Shown piece after piece: positions 48,501 through 57,739 of a DNA stretch of 64,000 nucleotides (position 1 is the stretch's first letter; each line of letters begins with the position of its first letter). Made by a program: the position numbers and the translations under genes. This DNA is from a virus (lineage: Duplodnaviria > Caudoviricetes), in IMG/VR virus record IMGVR_UViG_3300031992_000072, positions 1 through 64,000 of that record; one strand, written 5' to 3'. The notes beneath the pieces are model-generated. The model searched no databases and was not told where the DNA came from. It saw only the letters and a program-made list of their open reading frames with translations.

Positions 48501-48837
48501 CTGCGTTCCGCAGCTCACCACAGTCAATCTTGATGACAGCCTCGATCATCGGCTTATTGATCTTTTCCTTGATCATCAGCCCAATGGCGTTGATCTGCCA
48601 CTGCTTTTCGTCCAACAGTGTGTAGCAGTCATAGTCCCAGTTGTGAGCGTCAAGGACGACTCTGGTTCCATCGATAACGGACTCCAGAAGGCACTGATAA
48701 TCGCCCTTCTTGGCGTCTTCAAAGTAGCCGTAAGCCACCTTGAGATCGTCGCGTTCTACAAAGTGTACTTTTCCTGCGTTCGGGCCTTTCTTGATGATGC
48801 AAGAAACCCTGAACAGAATGTTAATAAGTTTCGCCAT
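45586..48837 (-). CDS. second two-barrel RNA polymerase-like protein with N-terminal HhH
   Basis: FSDG, KLKGLG, WRSPVVHP, MDFDGD catalytic motif; IKGIGEKTA HhH near the N-terminus. Confidence 0.75.
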   Translation of the reverse strand: MAKLINILFRVSCIIKKGPNAGKVHFVERDDLKVAYGYFEDAKKGDYQCLLESVIDGTRVVLDAHNWDYDCYTLLDEKQWQINAIGLMIKEKINKPMIEAVIKIDCGELRNAVATNNIEKLTAIKGIGEKTAIKVVRALRKICKPETVKTYKSMEFIRAQLNNDPTSENLWVYDTIRKSVSLVEDKAMEIGGKDAVIHVVSRIAEPKNEEDLEGIIRAERLLDAWLDVIENGLLVNNVKYRIFGHGTNAAKWCKTIAVKESIYDKMREYTNGGVDDEWQNTAAKNIAYTVGLIAVYSHQIEIPFKPEMFCIYPTVVKNVVANTTKLYLDGHAEDRDNDLVPVKFSDGFFVISMTKKVQMELHNQMVYNGMSAEKADKILNDFQNDTSFYSYRGNPVKLKGLGCKNVNAQAYLKSIGVTKTPDGRDIDDIVFFVDESVIKTSIGKNKAYKTFEDWCTAMGEKITLGTVVKTHPKEKKNISYQVTQCLCEATDEQVAKMAAKTIKRLNDNHTVESATKMLGREWGSVAVQYPELVNVPSFREHIEHKMEQNINEAFSGKILKDCFYSFVCPDPFFILAAWHGKNDNGMLKAGQIHLPTVKHGELAMWRSPVVHPNSVRVLENVSIPSNYRKFIKNEEYTIFLNCHDDVAVAMDMDFDGDHANTSDDPAIIEAVKETLKVWNRLIIWETPNPEKTVITEEVLREYFAGLTHMNELGLTVYGLNALLNGLLTEQDEVDKRWYTKRMPVTHRGVDFKKFAANVLVDASKHGGAEIEEPEESSICARMLQPWAKVYKDAVDEGNIWYVKHNGKKKFFATAREANTYYKETRYVVLTDDDGIVQLGPDGKPVMIDRFSLDKSNSLYLNDSLLQTPKNHLDELADPSKLNELHRYKTLNKLFALYAENARRDVKIDDAPEGQFDYKKIMFNQECGYRGLTGLIREGNGELVTINGERFRPNQGLFNSLARRLDRDRAVWLDDDSNKDKNNVSEDDDEVTFEMAWRANALAEIEAFAVAHGKTLEDAYDVITWQMFAYCDEKYLKMDGKTDFIRNKLWSAYRLIFGGLAVEISCADEAEAALSATEDDLKID

Positions 48838-49058
48838 GGTATTTTCCTCCTAAGATAGTTTTTTAGTCTGCTGACAAGCAACAGGCAGTATCAGTTGCGC
48901 TTTGGGAATAGCGCCTCTCGTGACGTGAGAGCAACGGTGGCATCGCACCACACACCGCCAACTCCGGTTGATTCAAGGTTTCCCCGCACCTGCAGGACGG
49001 CTTGCCTTCTGCCGCATAAAAAATAAAAAAGCTGAGCCGTTAAGCTCAGCTTTTAATG

Positions 49059-49841
49059 TTATTTTGCAAGCTGCAGGCTTTCGATGAACGCTTGTGCTTC
49101 TGCCATTTCTTCATCAGAGAGCAGATTCATAGGTGCTGCTTCACGCGGGTCATGACCTCCCCATTCCCTCCAAGAAATTTCTTCAGGAATTGGGTATTCA
49201 TACTTAATAGTCGCAATCTTTGTGGAGTACTTCTCCTCAATGGTTGCAATCTCTGATTGCTTCATTGTGCCGATATATCCGATTTGTACATTCTTGATGA
49301 TGATGTCATTTCCGTTACACCGCTCTACTCCAACAAAGTCACCGACTTTGTGAGCAGAGTTTGTTTTGAATGTATATTTTGCCTCTTCGTTTGGAGAATA
49401 GCGAACTTTTACAATGCTAATATCAGGATCATCAGAAATAACCTGCCTGACAGGCAAAACAGGTTTCTTCCAGCTCGGAGCAATAATTTGAATATTTGTT
49501 ATTCCAGTTATGGCGAGTTGTCTTGCCCGTTCAACTTGCCTAGTGATCCAAGTCTTATGAGACAGAGGTTCTAAGCGACCAACCTCTGTGAAGCCGATCA
49601 CCTCAAGCTGCTTATCGGCTTCGATGTATGTGACACCGACAGCCTCAACGCCTTTAAAATACGCTCTCTTCAAGGCATCCATCAGTTCTTTTACGGCATT
49701 TTCGCCGTTAAAGAACTTGTAATGTTTAACTATACCTTCATACCAGAAGATGAAGGTAAGGCGCATGAACAGCGTAATGTTCATTATAGGGTCTGCGATA
49801 TACAGCAGCTGTTCAGTTCCGAAGGTCTGAGTAAGTTTCAT
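49059..49841 (-). CDS. hypothetical early protein
   Basis: AAGGAGG RBS, terminator after. Confidence 0.7.
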   Translation of the reverse strand: MKLTQTFGTEQLLYIADPIMNITLFMRLTFIFWYEGIVKHYKFFNGENAVKELMDALKRAYFKGVEAVGVTYIEADKQLEVIGFTEVGRLEPLSHKTWITRQVERARQLAITGITNIQIIAPSWKKPVLPVRQVISDDPDISIVKVRYSPNEEAKYTFKTNSAHKVGDFVGVERCNGNDIIIKNVQIGYIGTMKQSEIATIEEKYSTKIATIKYEYPIPEEISWREWGGHDPREAAPMNLLSDEEMAEAQAFIESLQLAK

Positions 49842-49911
49842 AGGAACACCCTCCTTGTTTTATTGTCGGACTTTGTCCGTATAAAAAATAAAAAAAGCAC
49901 CCGAAGGTGCT

Positions 49912-50199
49912 TTACACGCCATATGCGTTACATATCCATGAAGGAAGACAAATATGTGTTTTTATATTTATACCTTTTTCCTTCAGAAGTTCTTCCGCTG
50001 CAATAATTTCATCATTTATTGCAACAAGATCAAATGGATGCGCTGCTCTGATTGCAACATATATTCCTTCAATCTTTTCGTCATTAATACTCTCAATTTC
50101 ATCGAGAGCATCGTTGATCCAAGATTCAAGGAATCTTTTACTTCTGTTGTACATCCAATCCCATTTAGAATTCGTGCCAACACGTGCCATTTCAAGCAC
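49912..50199 (-). CDS. hypothetical early protein
   Basis: AGGAGG RBS. Confidence 0.65.
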   Translation of the reverse strand: MLEMARVGTNSKWDWMYNRSKRFLESWINDALDEIESINDEKIEGIYVAIRAAHPFDLVAINDEIIAAEELLKEKGINIKTHICLPSWICNAYGV

Positions 50200-50302
50200 C
50201 TCCTATTTTTTATTTGACAGCTGTAGACTGCCACAACCTATTGTGGATAGGCTGCATAAAAATAAAAAAAGAGCCCTATCTCACGACAGTGCTCTTTTTT
50301 TG

Positions 50303-50593
50303 TTAATCGTTATACAATTCAGGATGGATAACATAGTTAACATCTGAATCATATTCAAGACGATTCGTTTTAATGTTGTATTCAAAGAACTTATCTTCAA
50401 ATACGACAATATCGTCTTTATAATACACACAACCAAGATCTATAGCTTCATCGAGTGAAGCGTAACGGACTTCCCAATCCTGCCGCATGAAATACGGCAC
50501 TGTAGCAAAAGCCTCTTCTTTGCTGGAAGCAGCAAACAGATACGTCTTTTCATCTCCGGCGATGGAGACACACCAAATGTAAAACAGGAACAT
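50303..50593 (-). CDS. hypothetical early protein
   Basis: GAGG RBS, terminator after. Confidence 0.65.
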   Translation of the reverse strand: MFLFYIWCVSIAGDEKTYLFAASSKEEAFATVPYFMRQDWEVRYASLDEAIDLGCVYYKDDIVVFEDKFFEYNIKTNRLEYDSDVNYVIHPELYND

Positions 50594-50789
50594 AACAACA
50601 CCTCTTTCTTTATTATTTGCAGCTGGACTACACTGCTATTTAAAGTCCATTAAAATAAAAAAAAGAGTCAGGCCGAAGCCTGCTCCTTTATGATTACGAT
50701 ACTGCCATGGATTTCCGCATCTGGGTAATCTTCTCTGACTTCTGTAGCGGAATCGTAGTAGTATGTATTATCGCCATCTATGACTTTGA

Positions 50790-51185
50790 TCATATGATAC
50801 CTCCATAGTATACTTGAAGGATTATATCGTCGAAGATGCTTTTTGGATCACCTGATTTTTGAACAAGGAATCCAACGATGTCGTCTTCTTCGAGTTCATC
50901 GTCTTCTTCCTTCTCCCATAACCAGATGACCCCTGCGCCATCTCGGATGTAGGCGACGTTCTCTTCGTCTACATCCTCAATGATGCCAACACGAACGTAG
51001 ATATCGTCCGTGTTAATCGCGGTGATCTCCTCGGCTCCTGCTGGAGTAACGAAGATGATCATTAACAACAGCATAGCAACTACGATGATACTTGCTGGTA
51101 CTTGCCAGCATTTCTGGCAAAGTTTGATGAAGAGATATCCAGCGAGGATACCAATCAGAATGATATACATTACAACAAACAACAT
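50790..51185 (-). CDS. membrane/secreted early protein
   Basis: two hydrophobic segments and signal-like PAGA; AAGGAGG RBS. Confidence 0.65.
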   Translation of the reverse strand: MLFVVMYIILIGILAGYLFIKLCQKCWQVPASIIVVAMLLLMIIFVTPAGAEEITAINTDDIYVRVGIIEDVDEENVAYIRDGAGVIWLWEKEEDDELEEDDIVGFLVQKSGDPKSIFDDIILQVYYGGII

Positions 51186-51287
51186 AGGAACATACCTCCT
51201 TTTTCTTAGTCAGCTAAGTGTTGCTTCTTAGCCGCCGTAAAAAAAAAAGAACAGGACTCAACAGTCCTGTTCCCATGGAAGGGTTCT

Positions 51288-51497
51288 TTACACAAAGAAC
51301 CCTTTTTCTTCTCTCATTTCTAAATAACGCTGGAAGTAATAATATGCCACAGCGTTATCAGAATTTATCTGTTTGCCCTTCTCATATCTTACGATTATCG
51401 TGAAAAGGGCGTGTGTGCTTTCTTGCGAAAGCTTCATGCCTCCTTTTTCCAGCTTTTTGATAATCTGGAAATTAGGAATCGATTTTTTAACTGACAT
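51288..51497 (-). CDS. small basic early protein
   Basis: AAGGAG RBS before MSVKKS. Confidence 0.6.
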   Translation of the reverse strand: MSVKKSIPNFQIIKKLEKGGMKLSQESTHALFTIIVRYEKGKQINSDNAVAYYYFQRYLEMREEKGFFV

Positions 51498-51699
51498 ATT
51501 ATTATCTCCTTTTCTTTTAGTTGACAACCTTTGTTTTTAGGCTGCATAAAAATAAAAAAGAGCACAGCTTTCTCAAGCTGGCTCTTTATATTCAGTTGTA
51601 TTTAATTAGATTCTTGATGGTGACTCAGCCTTTATAAAAAAAAGAAAAGCATGAATTAACATGCTTTTCTCTTAATATTTAGTTTTTTAGAGATTATAT

Positions 51700-52500
51700 A
51701 TATAAGCTTCTCTCTACTGCGTCTTTGCAACCCAAGCTACTTGTTGCAAAAACTTCTTCTCTCTATCTTGCTTTAAGAGAAAGGGGCAATGGGTCCCTAA
51801 GCTTGCTTAAGGCTCTTTTGGAGCAAGCACATCGCCTCTCTTGTACGGACGTTGTGCCACATTGTGCTTAATTCCCCATCTTGTAGGATGGCGGGCTCCA
51901 ATGTTGGGCACAACTCCAAGAGATTTAATGCGACAAGGCTTCTCACGTTTTGTGAGAACGATTGCGAGTTACCTATTTGGTGTTACTTCCCTCGCAGTAC
52001 GCTGCTTCTTCCTCTTACGTTTTCGTAGTGCTTTAGCTTTTGCTCTGCAACGTCGGTTTACCAACGAACCTTCGATGCATTTACTACTTGCTTCAGCACA
52101 CTGAACGTGGGTGTTCAGCGGTCATTTTGCTGGATGACACTCCTGACCATAATCCGCTATGCCTGTGTCACGAACTCTTTGCAGAATTCCATTCAGAAAG
52201 AAGTCTTCACATTAGACTTTCCGTATCACTCTACAAATAACGTTTCAGGTTTTGCTCCTGCCTAGTCGCCCAAGCAACACCGTGTTGCTGTTTGACTCCA
52301 GCTAGACCAGAAACTTTTTTGCAGAGACTTCATAGCGGATTACGCTTTTCTCTTCAACATTTTCTACGAGTTTCTTCGAGCCATGTTGTTACTCGCATAC
52401 TATTGTTTGCAGCCTATCCTGTTATGCTCACAGGATTTGGTCTTCCTCGAATTGCTTCTGAGGCACATCCACCAGCTGTGGATGGGGATAGATCCCGTGG
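51700..52500 (-). ncRNA. candidate large structured ncRNA (~800 nt)
   Basis: no credible ORF; dense hairpins; long-range pair ataatccgctatg (~52149) / catagcggattac (~52331). Confidence 0.5.
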
Positions 52501-52530
52501 TCTATCGCCGCATAAATAAAAAAAAGGGGC

Positions 52531-52710
52531 TTAGCCCCTTTCCGGCACGACCAGAGCCGGAGCCCAGATGGAAAACCATCTGACTTCGCTTTCACCGTCG
52601 TCAGCCCGGACGTATTCCGCCACTTCGGCAGATACTTCCTTTTTCTCCGCATCGACGCTAATTGTGTCGATACCAGTGATCCTTGTGTAAACGACCTTGT
52701 ACATTTTCAT
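52531..52710 (-). CDS. small hypothetical protein, first gene of the minus arm
   Basis: AAAGGAG RBS before MKMYKV, terminator after. Confidence 0.6.
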   Translation of the reverse strand: MKMYKVVYTRITGIDTISVDAEKKEVSAEVAEYVRADDGESEVRWFSIWAPALVVPERG

Positions 52711-53126
52711 TGTTGTTCTCCTTTCGTGCCGGTGTCCTCTAAGCCATTCACCATGAGGTGTGGCGCATCCCGCGCTGAGAACCGCTTCATCCACAGCGTA
52801 AACCGCGAATTTACGCTGCGAAATTCGCATTAAAGAAAAAAGAAACATATATATTCCATTCCAATACACTTTTAAATTCCATTCCAAACCACTTCCAAAT
52901 TCTCTTCCAATACTTTTTAATGCCTTTCAAATATTCTTCAGTTTTACGCTGAAATAAAAAAAGCATGCTTTTAAAACCTCTTCCCATAGCTTTTAAAAAA
53001 ACAATAACAATATAAAAAGAACAATAAACATAAATGATACTTTTCTTATCTTTTTTCAGCGTGTCATTCGAAACGAACCGTAAGGGAGAGAGATCCTCTC
53101 TACAAAGATTAAACGGAGTGATTATT

Positions 53127-53510
53127 ATGGAGATTAGTATCCCTAAGTTTGTGTTTGATAAGGAATATTCAACACAGTGGAGGCGTGAAGTACAGTTTCT
53201 TGAGGATAAGGGAATTGCTTATACTTATGCTAAGAAGAATCCTAAATATCCGATCATAAGGTATAAATATACTAAAACGCCTGAACTCTTTTTAGCCCTG
53301 GCTGAGTTTTACAACCAGGTTCGTAATGAACAGTTCTTCAAAAAGGCAGAAAAGACAGCGGAAACTGTAAAGCTGCCGATTGAGGAAGGATGTATTACGC
53401 TTAAGCCGGAAGAGATGACAAACGCTGAAAAGAAACTTATGGAAGTAACTGAGGAAGAAGTAATTGCCGTACTTGATGACAGCTCTACTGTCAAAGATGA
53501 TACGGAGTGA
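53127..53510 (+). CDS. hypothetical protein, first gene of the morphogenesis operon
   Basis: GGAG RBS before MEISIP. Confidence 0.7.
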   Translation: MEISIPKFVFDKEYSTQWRREVQFLEDKGIAYTYAKKNPKYPIIRYKYTKTPELFLALAEFYNQVRNEQFFKKAEKTAETVKLPIEEGCITLKPEEMTNAEKKLMEVTEEEVIAVLDDSSTVKDDTE

Positions 53511-53516
53511 TGCCCT

Positions 53517-54455
53517 GTGGCTTTAATTTTATCCAAACCACGAAATAATAAAGCGCCTACCCAGACGAAACTTTGTTTGCATTGCAACCAGACTAAACCT
53601 TTGTCGCAGTTTTACGCAAACAGGAACTGGGTTGCGAACGGAAATAAAGACGCATGGTGCAAACAGTGTCTGGCTAAAATCAGGACCAAGGATGAAATGA
53701 GAAGATATTTCTGGGAAAACAACAGGGAATGGAAAGAAAATGTCTGGGAGAATGCTTTGAAACAGGCAGAAGTACAGGCTTCCAAGTCTACTGTTTACCA
53801 GAAGTCCAACGAGGAAAGAAGGCATATTCTTCTTGAGTCTGTTGCGTGTCCCATAATTCCGAAACTGATGCAGCAAACACAGAATTATAAGTACGAAGAC
53901 CACACACAGGACGTGAACACAAACAATTACGATGAAGCCAAAGAAAGCGGAAAGATCGTAGAACTTAATCCTTCAAATCCTTCAGCGGCAAAAGACAAAA
54001 ATCTTAAAGTATACAACGAATTCTTCAACGGCGAATTTAAGCCTGCGGAAATTGAGTATCTTGAGAATTATTACTCAGGACTTGAAGAAGATTTTGACTT
54101 GTCGGATATAGCATTAAGGGATTCTGCGAAAAAGGTGGCAAAGGCTTCTTTGCTTGCGGATAAAGCACAGAATGAATATATGCTTGGACGTGGGTCTTTG
54201 CAGGATGTTAAGGACGCAAACGCTGTTTTGGATATGCTCATGAAAACAGGTAATTTTGCGGCGTGCAAACGTAAACCCGGAGACAAGAATACTTTGAATA
54301 ACTGGGCTGAGACTACACAATATTGTGAAACACATGGTCATCCGTGTATTAAAAAAATTGAATGGCCTAAAGATGTTGTTGACACAGCGTTGGACGGTTT
54401 GGGCTATATAATTGAGTCCTTACGGGATGATGATATGGGTGATGTAAATGAGTAG
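53517..54455 (+). CDS. Zn-finger protein, putative terminase small subunit
   Basis: CLHC...WCKQC; directly upstream of and overlapping terL. Confidence 0.55.
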   Translation: MALILSKPRNNKAPTQTKLCLHCNQTKPLSQFYANRNWVANGNKDAWCKQCLAKIRTKDEMRRYFWENNREWKENVWENALKQAEVQASKSTVYQKSNEERRHILLESVACPIIPKLMQQTQNYKYEDHTQDVNTNNYDEAKESGKIVELNPSNPSAAKDKNLKVYNEFFNGEFKPAEIEYLENYYSGLEEDFDLSDIALRDSAKKVAKASLLADKAQNEYMLGRGSLQDVKDANAVLDMLMKTGNFAACKRKPGDKNTLNNWAETTQYCETHGHPCIKKIEWPKDVVDTALDGLGYIIESLRDDDMGDVNE

Positions 54456-56139
54456 AACCTTTAATCGCTCAGGACAGATCTCCAACTGGGACGCAATTGA
54501 AGAACAGATTATTTACTATCGTACCCATATGGATATGTTTATCGAGGATGCGTTTGCTCCTGTTAAACTTACTCCTGTTCAGCATGTTATAGCCAGAGGC
54601 GTAGGAAATGCTACAACCTCAGCTGTTGTTGCTTCCCGTGGATATGGTAAAACATGGCTTACTGCTTTTATTGCAGTAAGCCTTGGCTGTTTGTATCCGG
54701 GAACTTCAATTCTTGTAGTTGCGCCAACCGCTGATCAAGCTACACGTATTGCTGAAAAGATACGTGACCTGTGCAACGAGAACGAAAATTTCAGAAATGA
54801 AATTAAACCTACAAACGCAAGGACATACGTTTCAATTTCAAAGGATGAGTCAACAGTAAACTTAAAAAACGGTTCTGTTATATGCTCTGTCCCTATGATC
54901 CGTGCACGTTCAAGGCGTGCTAAAATGGTTATTGTCGATGAAGCACGGGATATAGATATGGACATTTTAAGGGCAGTTGTTAATCCTACAAGAAATGAAA
55001 CAAGATATAATGCAAGAACATATGGTTTTGATGACTTTGACTCAAAACTTATTTACATTACTTCAGCCTGCCCGAAAAACTTTGCTTTCTTTGAAGAGTT
55101 TCAGCGTATCGTTAAACGAAGGGCTATGGGAGATATGTCTTATTTTGCTATTGTTTTGCACTATAAAACTCCTATAGCCGAGGGGCTTACCAAAGAAAGC
55201 TTCTACGAAGAAGAACGAAGAAGCAATCCTGAATCTACTTTTGCTATGGAATATGAATCCAAATTCTTAGGATCATCTGAGAATTCAGCGCTTCCTTTTG
55301 ACTTAGTTCAGAGTTGCAGGACTTTAAACATTGTTGAAATGGAACAGCCGAAAGGTTCCAAGTCCAGATATGTTTTGTCTTTGGACATTGCAACGTCAAA
55401 AGCAAAAGGATCGGATAACAGCATTTTAATAATGCATAAGTTTAATGAAAAAAAAGACGGCTCTTTCAGCCGTCAGATTGTTCATATTCGTTCTTTTAAT
55501 GGTGTACCTCTGGACAGGCTTACGGAAATAGTCCGTAAATATTATCATATTAAATTTCCGAATACAGAAAAAATAATTTATGACGCCAGAGGTATTGGAG
55601 ACAGTTTTGACAGATTTTTTGACAAAGCATGGATTGATATGGAATCCGGTAAGGAATTTCCTCCTTTGGTCGTAGACGACGAACCTTTAACAAATCCTGA
55701 CGCAATTCAGGCTTTACACCCTTTCAGGGCTGTAAATACTCTTAATCAGCGTATTTATACGAATTTAAGGGTTGCTCTTGAAAAACAAACCATTGAACTT
55801 CCAAGTTCTTCAAGAATTATCAAGGAAAAGCTGAATGAACTTGATAAAAAAATGGACAAAGAAGAATTTGCAAATTTTATTGAAGCAGATGCTTTACAAA
55901 TTGAAATGGGTAATATTGTTGCAAAAACAGGAGCAAGCGGCAATGTCCTGTATGACGTTCCGAAATCTACTATGCATAAGGACAGATACTCTTCTTTGGC
56001 TATGGGAAATGATTATATTTCTGAGCTTGAAAAAGAAAGTATCAGAATGCATCAGCATGGGCCTGTTTGTGTAGGTGTTGTCGGAGGTTTTGAAGATGCG
56101 GCTTCAAAACGTATTATGAAATCATTTGGAAAATTTTAA
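54448..56139 (+). CDS. terL: terminase large subunit
   Basis: ASRGYGKT Walker A, VIVDEA Walker B, YITSA, nuclease LDIA...D...KDRYS. Confidence 0.92.
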   Translation: MSRTFNRSGQISNWDAIEEQIIYYRTHMDMFIEDAFAPVKLTPVQHVIARGVGNATTSAVVASRGYGKTWLTAFIAVSLGCLYPGTSILVVAPTADQATRIAEKIRDLCNENENFRNEIKPTNARTYVSISKDESTVNLKNGSVICSVPMIRARSRRAKMVIVDEARDIDMDILRAVVNPTRNETRYNARTYGFDDFDSKLIYITSACPKNFAFFEEFQRIVKRRAMGDMSYFAIVLHYKTPIAEGLTKESFYEEERRSNPESTFAMEYESKFLGSSENSALPFDLVQSCRTLNIVEMEQPKGSKSRYVLSLDIATSKAKGSDNSILIMHKFNEKKDGSFSRQIVHIRSFNGVPLDRLTEIVRKYYHIKFPNTEKIIYDARGIGDSFDRFFDKAWIDMESGKEFPPLVVDDEPLTNPDAIQALHPFRAVNTLNQRIYTNLRVALEKQTIELPSSSRIIKEKLNELDKKMDKEEFANFIEADALQIEMGNIVAKTGASGNVLYDVPKSTMHKDRYSSLAMGNDYISELEKESIRMHQHGPVCVGVVGGFEDAASKRIMKSFGKF

Positions 56140-56158
56140 GGAAAGGGGCTGAGTCCCG

Positions 56159-57730
56159 ATGGGTTTAATTGATCGGCTGTTTAGCCGAAAAGAAACAGTT
56201 GTGGCTGATCAGCCTCAAAAAAAACAAATAGCAGTTGGAGCGGGAAAAGAAAGTGATCAGGAAACGATTCAAAGTTTTTCCAATTCCAACTTTACATTCA
56301 GTGGGGATTTGTCAAACTATGATTACGTATCAATTCTCCGCGACAAGCAGAATAATATTCAATCTTTCTATCAGCTGGCAGACTATTATACGGACGCAGA
56401 TCCTATTGTTCATGGAATCATAAAGCATGTATATGTTCCTTTTTCTACCTGTTCTGATTGGTATCTTACAGGTTCGAAACAAAAAACATATGCTCTTTAC
56501 GAAGAACAGTATAAACGAATGCGACTGAGAGAAAAAATTGATGCTATTATGCTTGAAATCTGGAAATACAACAATGTTTGTTGTTATTTATATGATGGCG
56601 ATCTTATTACTCTTCCTGTAAATAAATGGAGAATCGGTAATACCATGTTTAACGGAACACCGATTGTAGACTATGATTGTCAGAGTATTTTAAACGAAAT
56701 CCAGATGAAACCTTACAGCATCGATGAAAAATTCGCAAAGGACAGTCAGCAGGAATATATTCTTAAAGGCTATCCTGAAGAAATTCAGAAAGCTATAAAA
56801 GCAGGACAACAATATGCACAGCTTGATCCTGCAAATACGTTTGTGCTACAGGGTTCTAAGGAAAGCTGGCAAAGATATGCTATTCCGTTTATTTCAGCCG
56901 CTCTCAGGGCTCTTGCAAAGAAAGAACTGATTTCAAGCTATGAGGACGCAATGCTGAATATTGGTAAACGAAGCTTCGTTCATGTAAAATACGGAGAAAG
57001 TTCCAAGACAACTGATATTCTTCCGGATCAGGTCCAGCTTGCAGCAGTAAGGAAAATATTCCTGTCCGCAATGAGCGGAACGCCTCTTGCGGTTACAAAT
57101 CATTTAGCAAGCGCTGAACCCATTCAGTTTGATATGGATGACTTATTCCAATGGGACAAGTATCGTAATGTTAATAACGACATTCTTTCAGCCGGAGGAA
57201 TCAGCGGAGTTCTGGTAACAGGAGTTTCTGAAGATGGTTCTACGTTTGCTTCTGCTCAGGTTTCAACGCAAACTGCTGAAGCACGTATAAATTCCATTCG
57301 TGATGAATTCTGCGAAATGATGACACAGATAAACAAACGTCTTGCCGAGGTTATTCCTGGAACGTACAACCTTAAAGAAACGCCTGAATTCCATTTTCAG
57401 CCATTGACAATGGAAGGTAAAAAAGCATTGCGCGAAAAAGCGCTTGAGCTTTGGGAAAAGGGTGTCGTTTCTACGCAGCATATGCTTGAAACACAAGGCT
57501 ATTCAATCGAAGTAGAAAAGGCGAACAGAGAAAAAGAAAAGAAAGACGGAACGGATGAAGTTATGATTCCGAGAGAACTTTCTGACATGCAATATACAGA
57601 AGAAACAACCAATAAAGTAGGACGTCCGGAAATGGACGATACTGAACGAACATCTGATCCTGAATCCGCTATACGTGGCAAACAGCCAAAACCGAGTAAT
57701 CCGGAAGGATCAATGAGTGATGGGACGTAA
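56159..57730 (+). CDS. portal protein
   Basis: 523 aa directly after terL; size and position typical. Confidence 0.78.
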   Translation: MGLIDRLFSRKETVVADQPQKKQIAVGAGKESDQETIQSFSNSNFTFSGDLSNYDYVSILRDKQNNIQSFYQLADYYTDADPIVHGIIKHVYVPFSTCSDWYLTGSKQKTYALYEEQYKRMRLREKIDAIMLEIWKYNNVCCYLYDGDLITLPVNKWRIGNTMFNGTPIVDYDCQSILNEIQMKPYSIDEKFAKDSQQEYILKGYPEEIQKAIKAGQQYAQLDPANTFVLQGSKESWQRYAIPFISAALRALAKKELISSYEDAMLNIGKRSFVHVKYGESSKTTDILPDQVQLAAVRKIFLSAMSGTPLAVTNHLASAEPIQFDMDDLFQWDKYRNVNNDILSAGGISGVLVTGVSEDGSTFASAQVSTQTAEARINSIRDEFCEMMTQINKRLAEVIPGTYNLKETPEFHFQPLTMEGKKALREKALELWEKGVVSTQHMLETQGYSIEVEKANREKEKKDGTDEVMIPRELSDMQYTEETTNKVGRPEMDDTERTSDPESAIRGKQPKPSNPEGSMSDGT

Positions 57731-57739
57731 CATGCTTCA

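Noticed and set aside
45463-48858. 764-aa and 337-aa plus-strand ORFs
   Set aside because: Antisense to the GC-rich RNAP-like gene; explained by its codon bias.
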